64,000 nt of DNA, taken from Eremomyces bilateralis CBS 781.70 (Eukaryota). The DNA lies in the NCBI GenBank assembly GCA_010015585.1, contig ML975174.1; one strand, written 5' to 3'. Shown piece by piece: positions 23,937 through 33,889 of the stretch. The notes under the pieces were generated by a model. It did not search any database. It saw nothing but the letters and a program-made list of their open reading frames with translations, and was not told the origin of the DNA. Positions within the stretch are counted from its first letter, which is position 1, and every line of letters starts with the position of its first letter. A program made the position numbers and the translations under genes.

Positions 23937-26279
23937 ATGTCAGGCAAAGGCGACACTGCCTCGCATCAAAGCACCACTCGGAGTTGCGAATACTGTCGCA
24001 CCCGCAAGGTGCGATGTGATACGCAGAGGCCATCATGTGGATCATGTTTCCGCCAGAATCGCAAATGCGTCTATGTGTTTCAACCGCGAAAAGCAAGGTT
24101 GGATCTTCACTCATTTATCCAACTCTCTTGGTTTCTTCCTGACTTGTGCCGTAGACCCACGCTGGCGATGCTAGAGGAGCTACGGACGGAGAATGCAAGA
24201 TTGTGTGCCATGATCCAGAGAATGGGAGGGATGAGATCCCCTGATGCGGGTAGCAACGTCGCCGATGCTTTACAGGCGGATGACAGCCAATCACTAATCC
24301 AGCAGCAACAGCGACAGCAACAAGTGTCTCATCCCGCATCAGGTGAGCTCGAGGTAGCCAGCAGTGTCATTGGGGAAGTGCAACCATCTGCATCTCAGAA
24401 TCAAGCCGACTCTGGAGGAATATCTCATGAACTGTTCGACTCAACAGATCGCAGCAATGATGCGAGCATGCCCGGCGAAGCAAGGACCAACGAAGGTGGA
24501 CCAGCGACCGTGGAGTCAACGCCGGACGTGTCCCCATACCTATGGACAGACGAAAAAGGAAAGGTCAACGCTTTTGGGCCTTCATCGGCGCTCCAATCCC
24601 GACCGAACACCGCCCGCCAGGAGGATCGGGTAGTCTCGGTCCATATGCAAAACGCACTCCTAGCAAATGCCGTCATATCACGACAGAACGAGCACAAACT
24701 GAGAGAGCTGGTTTCGCTAGACGGCGTGCCGATCGACCTTGCAATCCACTTACTAGATCTCCACTGGAACCGGCAGCACCATACGTTTCTCTTGACGTAC
24801 AGACCGGCGATCATGCGGGATATACTACGCGGTGGCCGTTTCGCGTCCAAGTTGCTCATCAATGCCATCTTTGCCTGCGCAAGCAAGTTTTCACAGCGAG
24901 CGGCTGTCATGGACGATCCTCAAAATCCCAGCACTGCCGGAGGCCGCTTCTTCCGCCGATGCGACGAGCTGATGGAGGAGAAGCAGCTCCTGCTAACCCC
25001 AAGCATCCCAACCATAGCCGGCCTGCTTCTTTTGGGCTCCTCCTATATCGCCAAGGGGTCAACATCCAAGGGCTGGATGCTTACGGGATCAGCACTACGC
25101 ATGATATTCGACCTTGGCCTGCATCTGGACCACAAGATCACAGACGAAAATGCGGAAGAAGTTGAAATGTATCGACGAGTCTTTTGGGGCGCCTTCATCT
25201 GTGACAAACTGCAGAGCCTCTATCTGGGACGGCCGGTGGGCATTCGGCTCCGCGATGCATATGTTTCCCATGAGCTTAACGACCATCTAGAGGAGAACGA
25301 GCTCTGGGCCCCATATATTGACCCTTCAATTCCTGAAGACCGCCTGCGGTTGGGTTCCGCTCCGCAGGGCCTCATCTATTCAGTATCCTACTTTCAGCAA
25401 ATCTGCCTTCTCTTCAAAATCGTCGACCGGATTATCGACATCTTCTATGTCGTGGGAGCAACTCCAGCTGAGGCTCAGGCGAGTCTCAAGGGAATTGATA
25501 ACGCTCTCGAGAAGTGGGAGGCCGACCTCCCCGGATTTATCCGGCTCGATCCTATATCCGCCACTCTCGAAGGTGGTCGCATACCGGCGCCCAACATGCT
25601 GGCTCTACACATACTCTACCACGCTGTTATAATTCTCCTGCACCGGCCGCTGGTCGCTGAAGGGCACCTGAACTGGGCAACCACTGTACCTGCGACATCT
25701 TGGAAGCGGTGCTCTGTCGCCGCGCGAAACATCACCAGTCTTGCCATCGCGTACCAATCTCGGTATACGCTGCGCGCCGCCCCATACCTCATCGCCTACG
25801 GTCTTTACGTGGCCAGCACGATCCACGTACGCAACACTGCGGCCGCGCCGAACCCGACCGGCGATCACTCCGTCTTGCTGGCATGGAGTCTGCGCTGCCT
25901 ACGGGACCTTTCCGTTCCTAATCCCGGGGTATCGCATCTTACTTCCATCATCGAAAAGCTCATGGTCACCAAGGGTGTAGAAATAGCTGCTGATCCTACC
26001 AGTGGCCCAGAAGCTGCACCAAATGCTGCGAGTGAGCATATTGCCGGATTGCATTGCGAGTACGCATCGGCGGTTCGGTTTGATTCTGGCGTGCAGTCGA
26101 CGAGCTTATCCATAGGAGAAGCGGAGTTTGATTGGAGTAACTGGCATGAGTCGTTTGAAGATGATGTGCTGTTTGGGTTCATGGGCTGGCAATCATATCA
26201 GCTAGGCGATTCGGCCCCTCAACCCATGGGTGGCACGACTTCATGTTTGGACCCATTTGAGTCCCCAGTGATGCAATAA
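23937..26279 (+). CDS. Zn(II)2Cys6 transcription factor with fungal-specific middle homology domain
   Basis: CEYCRTRKVRCDTQRPSCGSCFRQNRKC; 57-nt in-frame intron 24098-24154 (GT..CTGAC..AG); GSALRMIFDLGLHLD and RRVFWGAFICDKLQSLYLGRP. Confidence 0.95.
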   Translation: MSGKGDTASHQSTTRSCEYCRTRKVRCDTQRPSCGSCFRQNRKCVYVFQPRKARLDLHSFIQLSWFLPDLCRRPTLAMLEELRTENARLCAMIQRMGGMRSPDAGSNVADALQADDSQSLIQQQQRQQQVSHPASGELEVASSVIGEVQPSASQNQADSGGISHELFDSTDRSNDASMPGEARTNEGGPATVESTPDVSPYLWTDEKGKVNAFGPSSALQSRPNTARQEDRVVSVHMQNALLANAVISRQNEHKLRELVSLDGVPIDLAIHLLDLHWNRQHHTFLLTYRPAIMRDILRGGRFASKLLINAIFACASKFSQRAAVMDDPQNPSTAGGRFFRRCDELMEEKQLLLTPSIPTIAGLLLLGSSYIAKGSTSKGWMLTGSALRMIFDLGLHLDHKITDENAEEVEMYRRVFWGAFICDKLQSLYLGRPVGIRLRDAYVSHELNDHLEENELWAPYIDPSIPEDRLRLGSAPQGLIYSVSYFQQICLLFKIVDRIIDIFYVVGATPAEAQASLKGIDNALEKWEADLPGFIRLDPISATLEGGRIPAPNMLALHILYHAVIILLHRPLVAEGHLNWATTVPATSWKRCSVAARNITSLAIAYQSRYTLRAAPYLIAYGLYVASTIHVRNTAAAPNPTGDHSVLLAWSLRCLRDLSVPNPGVSHLTSIIEKLMVTKGVEIAADPTSGPEAAPNAASEHIAGLHCEYASAVRFDSGVQSTSLSIGEAEFDWSNWHESFEDDVLFGFMGWQSYQLGDSAPQPMGGTTSCLDPFESPVMQ

Positions 26280-26633
26280 ATGCAGGTTCGTCCATGGTTC
26301 TAAAGCACCGTATATAACGTTTGCCTTGTGATGCACCGAAGGAACTCAAGGTGAAAGCCAAGTAGTTGAAGTCACCTCCAGAAGTTTTACCATATAGAAC
26401 AGGAAGACTAGTCAGGCCGCATGAACAAAGAACCAGCCGTTAGCTGTAAGCATATTTTTATCCAACATTATGCAGAATGAGTAATTGGTGAGATCTAGGC
26501 GGTCACGTATTTCCAACATTCAAGCATGCTTGGATGACAAATTGGAAAGATTGGGAATAGGGGTGGAACCATGTATTATCGCAGAACGGCGCTGTACTCT
26601 ATTAAATATACTTCTCAGTGATAGTAAAGTTAA

Positions 26634-28306
26634 TCAAAGCCCGACAGTGATACTCTTGACATTCGTATAATCCTCCACACCAAACTTGGATCCCTCCCTG
26701 CCAATACCGCTCTCCTTGATACCACCAAAGGGCTGCTCGCAGGCGCTGATGAGCCCAACGCGAACACCCACCATACCAGTATCCAAAGCCTCGGCGACTC
26801 TCCATAGCCTGGAAATGTTTTCCGTGTAAAAGTATGCAGCAAGCCCGCTCTGGTACGTGTTGGCCAACTTGAGAACCTCCTCCTCGGTGTCAAACGGCAC
26901 CAGTGGAGCCACCGGTCCAAACGTCTCCTCACTACCGAACTTCATCGTGTCCGGTTTCGCGTCGAGCAGGATCGTTGGGACGTAAAAATTCGGCCCGAGG
27001 TCTTCTTTAATGAAGCCCCCGTTGAACAACTTTGCCCCGTTGGAAACGGCATCCTCGACGTGCTGCTGGACTTTGGTGACGCCCTTGGGCGAGTACAGAG
27101 GGCCGAAGTTGACTTTGGAGTCCCAAACCGAGCCGTAGATAAACGTCGTTTCTAGCGAGGCTTTCAGCTTTTGGGCGAAGTTTTCAATAATGGAACGATG
27201 GACGAAAATGCGGTTCGCGCATACACATGTCTGGCCGGACGATCGAAACTTGGATGCGATCAAACCTAAATGGTTACCATATGGCGTGAAGAAGGTATGG
27301 ACGACATTTACCGTCGACTGCCTTTTGAATATCCGCATCCTCAAAGACGATAAAGGGCGCGTTGCCACCAAGTTCCATGCTCGTCTTCTTCAATGTCTTG
27401 GCACATTCGGCATTCAAGAATTTGCCTACCGCTGTGGAACCGGTGAAGCTCAGATGGCGAACAAAGATGCTCTCGCACATCTCTGCTCCGATTGATGCCG
27501 CTCCAGAGATATCGCCAGTCACCACGTTCAGAGTACCAGGCGGATATCCGTCGCCCACTCGCTCAAAGAGCTTTGCAATGGCAATCGCGCACATTGGCGT
27601 CTCCGGTGCTGGCTTCAGCACAACGGTACAACCCGCGGCAATCGCCGCGCCCACCTTGCGTAGAATCATAGCAACAGGTGAGTTCCAAGGTGTAATGGCT
27701 GCTACAACGCCTTGCGGCTCGCGAGTGGTAAAGATGCGGTTGTCACCCTTCGCCGCAGGGATGGTCTCACCATAAAGGCGCTCGACTTCGCCCTGGAACC
27801 ATTCAAGAAAGCTGATTCCATAGTCGACGGTGACGAGCGATTCCGCGATGGGTTTGCCTAGCTCCAGGGTACAAATGGCTGCCAGATCATCGCGGTTAGC
27901 ACGGATGATGTCAGTCCATTTTCTAAGGAGCTCTTTGCGTTTGCGAGCAGTGAACTTCTTATATGTCTGGAAGGCGGATTGTGCAGCGTCAATTGCACCT
28001 CGAACTTCTTCACGAGAAAGGTTCGCGACCTGGAAGACGGGTTGATTGTCCACGGGGTCTATGTACCGAATACTTTAGTCAGCATACGAGTGCAAGGGGT
28101 GAACCTAATTACCGAATACGGAACAAGTGCTGCTATTCTTGGCGGATACCCATTGGCCTCCAACGTAGGCTCGTGCGTCCAACAGTGAGGGATCTTTGAA
28201 CTACAATGCTGTCAGATAAGGTAGTTCTCTTACAACGAGTAGTGATGGTGTTTACCTGGTAAGGGACAGGCTTGGAAAGGATTTCGATGCCTGAAACTGC
28301 TGCCAT
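26634..28306 (-). CDS. Succinate-semialdehyde dehydrogenase-like aldehyde dehydrogenase (cluster copy), multi-exon
   Basis: ITPWNSP, KPAPETP, FTGSTAVG, MELGGNAP, catalytic FRSSGQTCVCANR, EETFGP and PFGGIKESGIGREGSK. Start MAAVSG at 28306. Confidence 0.92.
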
Positions 28307-28557
28307 GTTTGAAGATATTAGACTTGGTGATGGGTAGATTGATAGTAATGAAACACGATGAGATTTTTCAGCAAACTCGAATCTTACCGGGTCGGGCTAA
28401 CTAATGACTCTACAGTAACAGCAGCACTGCAGAGTGATTAAAAAGGGCGACCAGCAAAAATAGCCGGCACGCCTGAACGGAGCCACTGCGATGCAGTCGT
28501 ATTGAGCAAGAGTGCGAGGCGAGGCTAGCGGCCAGCGGGCCAGCGTGGAGCCGGGGG

Positions 28558-28574
28558 CGGAGGATGATCCTCCG
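28558..28574. promoter_or_regulatory. Palindromic CGG-N11-CCG site in the divergent ALDH/lactonase promoter
   Basis: CGGAGGATGATCCTCCG is a perfect palindrome around the central base and close to the Gal4 consensus CGGAGGACTGTCCTCCG. Confidence 0.72.
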
Positions 28575-28919
28575 CAAGTGGATAGCCTAGGGAAACTGTT
28601 CCGACCAGTTCTAGTCATCCCTGGATCATCACGAACAACATCAGATATGTCCGACTTGATCCAAGCCCGACCAACTCTCCCAACCATCGGAGACGTCATA
28701 ACCCATTGCTCGTACTTCAGTACTCGGAGTGAAGGATAGTCTTTGCCGAATTTTGATCGTCATCTACGTCATGGTTCATATGGAATCAAGGCCGAGAGAA
28801 CTATAAATCATGCCATCTACATACATATTGTAGTTCCAGAAAGAAGCATAAAAAAGCTTTTTATTACAACAGACAAACTCCTCTCTATGTTTCGATACAT
28901 CCAATTGATCATCGCAATC

Positions 28920-29825
28920 ATGGTTGCACCTCTTTCTAGCGTCCTGGCCGTGCCAGGAACCGCCGTGAATTTACATCGTCTCGAAGCAGGTTTTCTTTAT
29001 CTCCCAATGGACCTATTCGTTCAGGGGTCCGCTCCAGATGACATCCGCCGGGTCCCTTCGATGTCCTGGTTGATTGAGCACCAGGTCACAAAACGGAAAG
29101 TGGTTTTCGATTTGGGTATCAGGAGGGATATTGAAAACTATCCACCCACAGTCTACGAAAGACTGCAGACTGTCGTCAAGACGGAGGTGCCTCAGGATGT
29201 CTTTGAAAGCCTCAATAAACTTCACATCGACCCGCAGAACGATGTTGATACTGTTATCATTTCACATCTGCATTACGATCACGTTGGAGACCCATCGAAA
29301 TTTGGGCCAAACGTCACTTTTCTGCTTGGACCAGGCGCAGAAGAATTGATTCTCGGCCCAAAAACTTATCCAACCGACCCAGAATCTAATTACGATTCGA
29401 ACCTGATACCCCAAGGGAACAAGCTTTCCTTCCTACCGGTGCCCTCAACCGACACCAGCGGGTTCTGGGAGCCGTTAGGGCCATTTCCGCAAACGCACGA
29501 CTTCTTCGGCGACAAGTCGCTCTTCATCATTAACGCGCCAGGTCACTGCATCGGTCACCTTAATGCTCTCGTCAGAGTGGATAATCAGAAGTGGCTCTAT
29601 TTGGCTGCCGATACTACTCACAATGCCAGAATTCTGCATGGCACGGCACAGACTGCAATATACACAGACGAAGCCACGGGTCTCCGCTGCAAGTCCGCTC
29701 ACAGTGACTTAGAGGCAGCCGAAGCACACTTGCAGCGGGTTCAGGAGTTTGCGCGGGAAACGGGAGTGGAGATTATCCTGGCCCATGATGCGGATTGGTA
29801 TGAAGCAAACTTGAAAAATTATTGA
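28920..29825 (+). CDS. Metallo-beta-lactamase-fold hydrolase (AHL-lactonase/gamma-lactamase-like)
   Basis: VVFDLG, zinc motif SHLHYDHVGD, APGHCIGH, LAADTTH and LAHD. Likely start MVAPLSS; intronless. Confidence 0.9.
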   Translation: MVAPLSSVLAVPGTAVNLHRLEAGFLYLPMDLFVQGSAPDDIRRVPSMSWLIEHQVTKRKVVFDLGIRRDIENYPPTVYERLQTVVKTEVPQDVFESLNKLHIDPQNDVDTVIISHLHYDHVGDPSKFGPNVTFLLGPGAEELILGPKTYPTDPESNYDSNLIPQGNKLSFLPVPSTDTSGFWEPLGPFPQTHDFFGDKSLFIINAPGHCIGHLNALVRVDNQKWLYLAADTTHNARILHGTAQTAIYTDEATGLRCKSAHSDLEAAEAHLQRVQEFARETGVEIILAHDADWYEANLKNY

Positions 29826-30240
29826 TTGTACTCGGTCAAATGAAGGACTTTGGATGAACAATGGACAACAGAGGAATCCCGACTTATGATGCGCGTTGGT
29901 ATGACGCGAAGTTGAACAGACAATAGTTGAACGCGCTATGGATATAGGAAATTGAAACTTCTTTACACTTTAGCTAGGGCAATGATCTGTTCATGCATCT
30001 ATACCCTTCTCAGTGTGTTAATCCGAGCGCCAGACTTCGGCCAGTTGCCCAGCTCCCTGGTGCTCGTGTTTTACGTACTCGATGAGCTGCCCACGCTTAC
30101 ATGTCACACTGATGGTCGTTATATTGCGCTTATCGGCACACTGCATGTTTCCGGGCCTTGCTCCACAGTTCAAAGGATCATGACCGGCCGGTCATATCAG
30201 CCGCGGGCACTATTATCTCCCAGGCCCGATGTGGATCTTT

Positions 30241-30257
30241 CGGAGACAAAATGTCCG
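30241..30257. promoter_or_regulatory. CGG-N11-CCG site upstream of the SDR
   Basis: CGGAGACAAAATGTCCG. Confidence 0.65.
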
Positions 30258-30523
30258 CTCCGCAGCCAGTATCAGCAACCACCACTTTCATGCTCATGTT
30301 TGCTTTGACTCTTTTATCCCTTTGCTCCGTACTAGAGTAGTAGTCGGATCCAAGTGGAGCCGTCCAGTCCTTGTCTCATCGCGACGACTTCCATAAATGC
30401 AGCGCAGCATCCAAAGATACTGCAGACATGGCATTCCAATCACGACCCTCCCCAATGACTTGAATCAAACTGATAGTTTCAAATCCAATCGAAGACTCCA
30501 GAAACTTGGTCATCAGCTCTAGA

Positions 30524-31352
30524 ATGGGCCGCTTGCAAGGAAAGGTTGCCCTCATTACTGGTGCAGGCTCTGGCTTTGGCGAAGCCATTGCCAAGTTCTA
30601 CTCCAGGGAGGGCGCTCATGTCCTCATTGCGGACATTGCCACCGAGAACGGCGAGCGGGTCACAAATGGAATCAACTCGGACCGCAGCGGTGAGCAAGGC
30701 GAGGCCATATTCGTGCAGTTCGACTGCACTAAGAGCGAGGCATGGAAGGAGGGCCTCAAGATTGCTCAAGACAAGTTCGGCAAGCTCGATATCGTCGTCA
30801 ATAACGCCGGCACGACGTACAACAAGAAGCCTAGCACCGAGGTAACGGAGGCGGAGTTTGATAAGCTGGTCATGGTCAACACGAAGAGCATATATCACAG
30901 CGTCGTCACTGTCATGCCGTATTTTGCGGAGCGGAAGCAGGGTGTTTTCCTTAATACCTCCTCTGTCGCTGGCATGAAAGTGCGACCGGGACAAGTTTTC
31001 TACGGAGGCACTAAGGGCTTCCTCAACACAGTAAGCAACAATTTCTTCCAGTCCTCCAACTCCGCTAACCATGAACCACTAGGTCACTCAAGGATTGGCC
31101 GCCGAATGGGGTCCGCACGGCGTTCGCGTCAACTCCATTTGCCCGCTACGAAGCCCCACTGGATTGCTGGAGAAGTTCTCAGGGGTTCCCGACACGGCAG
31201 AGGAGCGCGAGAGGTTCGCGCAGACCGTTCCCTTGAGACGGATGGGCGATGCCGATAGCATTGCGCATGCGGCTGTCTATCTTGCGAGCGACGAGGCCAA
31301 CTTCGTGTCCGGTGTCAACTTTCCAGTTGACGGAGGAAGATTGGCAGCTTAA
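30524..31352 (+). CDS. Classical short-chain dehydrogenase/reductase (likely NAD-dependent), 2 exons
   Basis: TGAGSGFG, IADI (acidic, NAD preference), NNAG, YGGTK (YxxxK), VRVNSICP and FPVDGG. Intron ~31031-31082. Confidence 0.93.
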
Positions 31353-31838
31353 GTCAATCCAATTGATTCATGGATTACTGTAAATATGTTGAATCCCGCT
31401 TGTTGTAAAGATATCATGAGTATGACTAGTTATATGTGTGTGCCTGTGGCTTAGTTAATATCATGCATCCACGGTTAGCGCCTTTTATCGAAGCGGATGT
31501 ATACAGGATGAGTGATAACGCCTAGGCCTACAGTCATTCTGGAAGGAGCGTGCACTATAGTATTGTGAAAGGAGACCTTGAAGTGTTAGACTTGACAAAT
31601 GCAATCTTCATAACGTGGTGCTGATTTATTTCGGACCGCGGCTACACGTTGTCCATAGATACTTGATTGATCTAGCCAGAAGTTGCCGCTCACACCAGGT
31701 ATAAATGGAGCCATAATATGACTTAATATTGCAAACACATGACTAGACGTTGATTCATTGTTTAGCTCTATTGTTGAATCCGCTTCAGATACTCTATTGA
31801 CTGCCTCCGTGATACAACCACATCTCGTAAGCAACATA

Positions 31839-33449
31839 TTACAACCTTGCTGGAAGAAAAGTACTCTGGCTGGCCCTTTCTGCTGCTGCTTTTCCTGCCC
31901 GGCGTCCAAACACAGCTCCAGAGGTGAGACCACTGCCTCCTGGGTAGTTGTCGTAGAATAGACCTCCCAGCATTTCTCCAGCGCAGTACAGGCCTGGGAC
32001 AACAGTGTTGGTTGCCGCTGAAATGACGCCAGCCGTTTCTGGGTCGACCGCAAGACCGCCAAATGTGAACGTGACACCGCAAGTGACCTTGACCGCTAGA
32101 AACGGACCCTGAGTGAGCGACAAAGCCCAGTTGGACTTGGCAAGCGGAAGGCGTTGCTTGCTGGACTGTGTCGACAGACCGTCTCTGATAGGTGGATCCC
32201 ACTTGAGGTCGGGATTTTCAGCCCTGAAGGCTTCGACAGCATTATTATAGGTCCGAATGGTTTCGAGAAACTTGTCCGGGTTCCTGAGGCCTTTTTCGGC
32301 GCACTTGCGCGCCAACTCCTCAATCGTCTGGCCCACAATCCTCTCCACACGCTCGTCACGGTACTCCTCATCACGGAGCCACGGGGTGGTTTGCGCGTCC
32401 CAAACCTGAAAGGCGGCATTATCGGGTTGTGCAAGAATAGCTTTTCCGAAAATGGCGTAAGTATAGTTGCGGAGATCGACGCCTTCATCGACAAAGCGCT
32501 CGCCGTGAGTGTTAAGCATCAAGCCAAGTGGATATCCTGATTTGGTGAATTCATTTGAGATTTGACGATCTCCTGCATGAGCTGGAGCGTTGGCATCCCA
32601 TGCGACAGAGTGGCAGCCAGACCAGTTGCCGACCTGCTTCGCGTGGGCATCGCGCATGGCCAATTCCAGGACTGCGCCGGTATTGTACGGCGTGCCACGC
32701 ACTTTGGCAATGTCCCAGTTGGGACCCAGGTACTGCGCCCTCATCCTCGGGTTGGCTTCGAAACCTCCAGCGGCTAAAATGACGGACCCGGTGCTGATCT
32801 CCCGCTCCAGGCCATTCGACGCCTGTACTACGACAAACCTGACAGCACCGGTTTTGTGGTCGAGGACGAGACGCTTGGCTGGGGTGGAGAAGAGGACCTT
32901 AATGCCGAGTGCACGGGCGGCCCTGAGATGATCTTGAATGAGGCCTTTCCCGCCGTCCTGTGTCTTGAGCGACATGCCGCCCCAGAACTTGAATCTACCG
33001 TCGACTTCGTATGCTTGACGGTTGAACGAGAGCTGGAATCGGACACCATTCTTGGCTAGCCACTTGACTGCGTCGTTGGACTCGTTGATAAGAAGATTGG
33101 CGAGTTTTGGATCTGAGCGACCGTTGCAGATTCGATCAATGTCGGCATTGAAGTCGGCCGTCGTATAAGGTTGCATGTCAATCTTTTTCGCTGTGGCCTC
33201 GTCGACATTGTTTACAATTGGAAGTAGGTCTTGCAAGCCATGGTAGACAGTTCTGAAAGCTCCCGCGGTAAAGTATGAGTTGCCTCCAGCCCAGTTCTCA
33301 GGACACGCGTCGATGAGTAGGACACGCTTGGCTCCAGACTCTGCTGCCGATATGGCACTGCAGAATCCAGCGTTGCCGCCTCCAATGACCAGAACATCAA
33401 CATCTGGCGATGCAGGTAGATCGAGACCGTCGTCTGCTTGTGGTGTCAT
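31839..33449 (-). CDS. tcuA: FAD-dependent tricarballylate dehydrogenase TcuA/CobZ-like flavoprotein (fumarate-reductase flavoprotein superfamily), with a PTS1-like C-terminal ARL
   Basis: VLVIGGGNAG, GGNSYFTAGAFR, LAAGGFEANPRMRAQYLGPNWDIAKVRGTPYNTG, GNWSGCHS, YPLGLMLN..GERFVDEG and GGLFYDNYPGGSGLTSGAVFGRRAG. Intronless, 536 aa. Confidence 0.85.
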   Translation of the reverse strand: MTPQADDGLDLPASPDVDVLVIGGGNAGFCSAISAAESGAKRVLLIDACPENWAGGNSYFTAGAFRTVYHGLQDLLPIVNNVDEATAKKIDMQPYTTADFNADIDRICNGRSDPKLANLLINESNDAVKWLAKNGVRFQLSFNRQAYEVDGRFKFWGGMSLKTQDGGKGLIQDHLRAARALGIKVLFSTPAKRLVLDHKTGAVRFVVVQASNGLEREISTGSVILAAGGFEANPRMRAQYLGPNWDIAKVRGTPYNTGAVLELAMRDAHAKQVGNWSGCHSVAWDANAPAHAGDRQISNEFTKSGYPLGLMLNTHGERFVDEGVDLRNYTYAIFGKAILAQPDNAAFQVWDAQTTPWLRDEEYRDERVERIVGQTIEELARKCAEKGLRNPDKFLETIRTYNNAVEAFRAENPDLKWDPPIRDGLSTQSSKQRLPLAKSNWALSLTQGPFLAVKVTCGVTFTFGGLAVDPETAGVISAATNTVVPGLYCAGEMLGGLFYDNYPGGSGLTSGAVFGRRAGKAAAERASQSTFLPARL

Positions 33450-33663
33450 GAGGAATGTTTGGAGATTCGGAGTTGGTATGAATGGATGGTAAGATTATTG
33501 TGACTGACCCTATACAGTTTGGATTAAGTGGTAATGTCTTCCACAGCGGATGGCTTACGCTTCTTTCACTTTCTCTTTTTATCCAGTCGCGGATCTTCCT
33601 CTTGGTGGAGAGCTGATATCGCGACGCGACCCAAGAGCTACTCAGTAGGACCAGAGCCATACT

Positions 33664-33889
33664 CGGGCTCTGAAGCCCCGTGGGCTTTCGTGCAGCATGA
33701 TGCCACAACGGAAGGTGACCACCCGGGCAGACTCATTTCGTCCGACCTTATGGAGCAAAATCCAAAGACTACCGTATTTGGCCATTGGGGTGCGGAACAG
33801 GGGAGATCATACTGGATCTCATTCGTTGATCGCCGATAAGATTTTTGCCAGTATCCAAACTCAAGACTGCGACGGAGGGAGACCGTCCG
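33664..33889. promoter_or_regulatory. Two CGG-N11-CCG sites upstream of the tcuA-like gene
   Basis: 33664 CGGGCTCTGAAGCCCCG; 33873 CGGAGGGAGACCGTCCG. Confidence 0.65.

Noticed and set aside
24364..33059. Many antisense or alternative-frame ORFs over the cluster genes
   Set aside because: These are expected shadows of GC-rich coding sequence and have no independent motifs.
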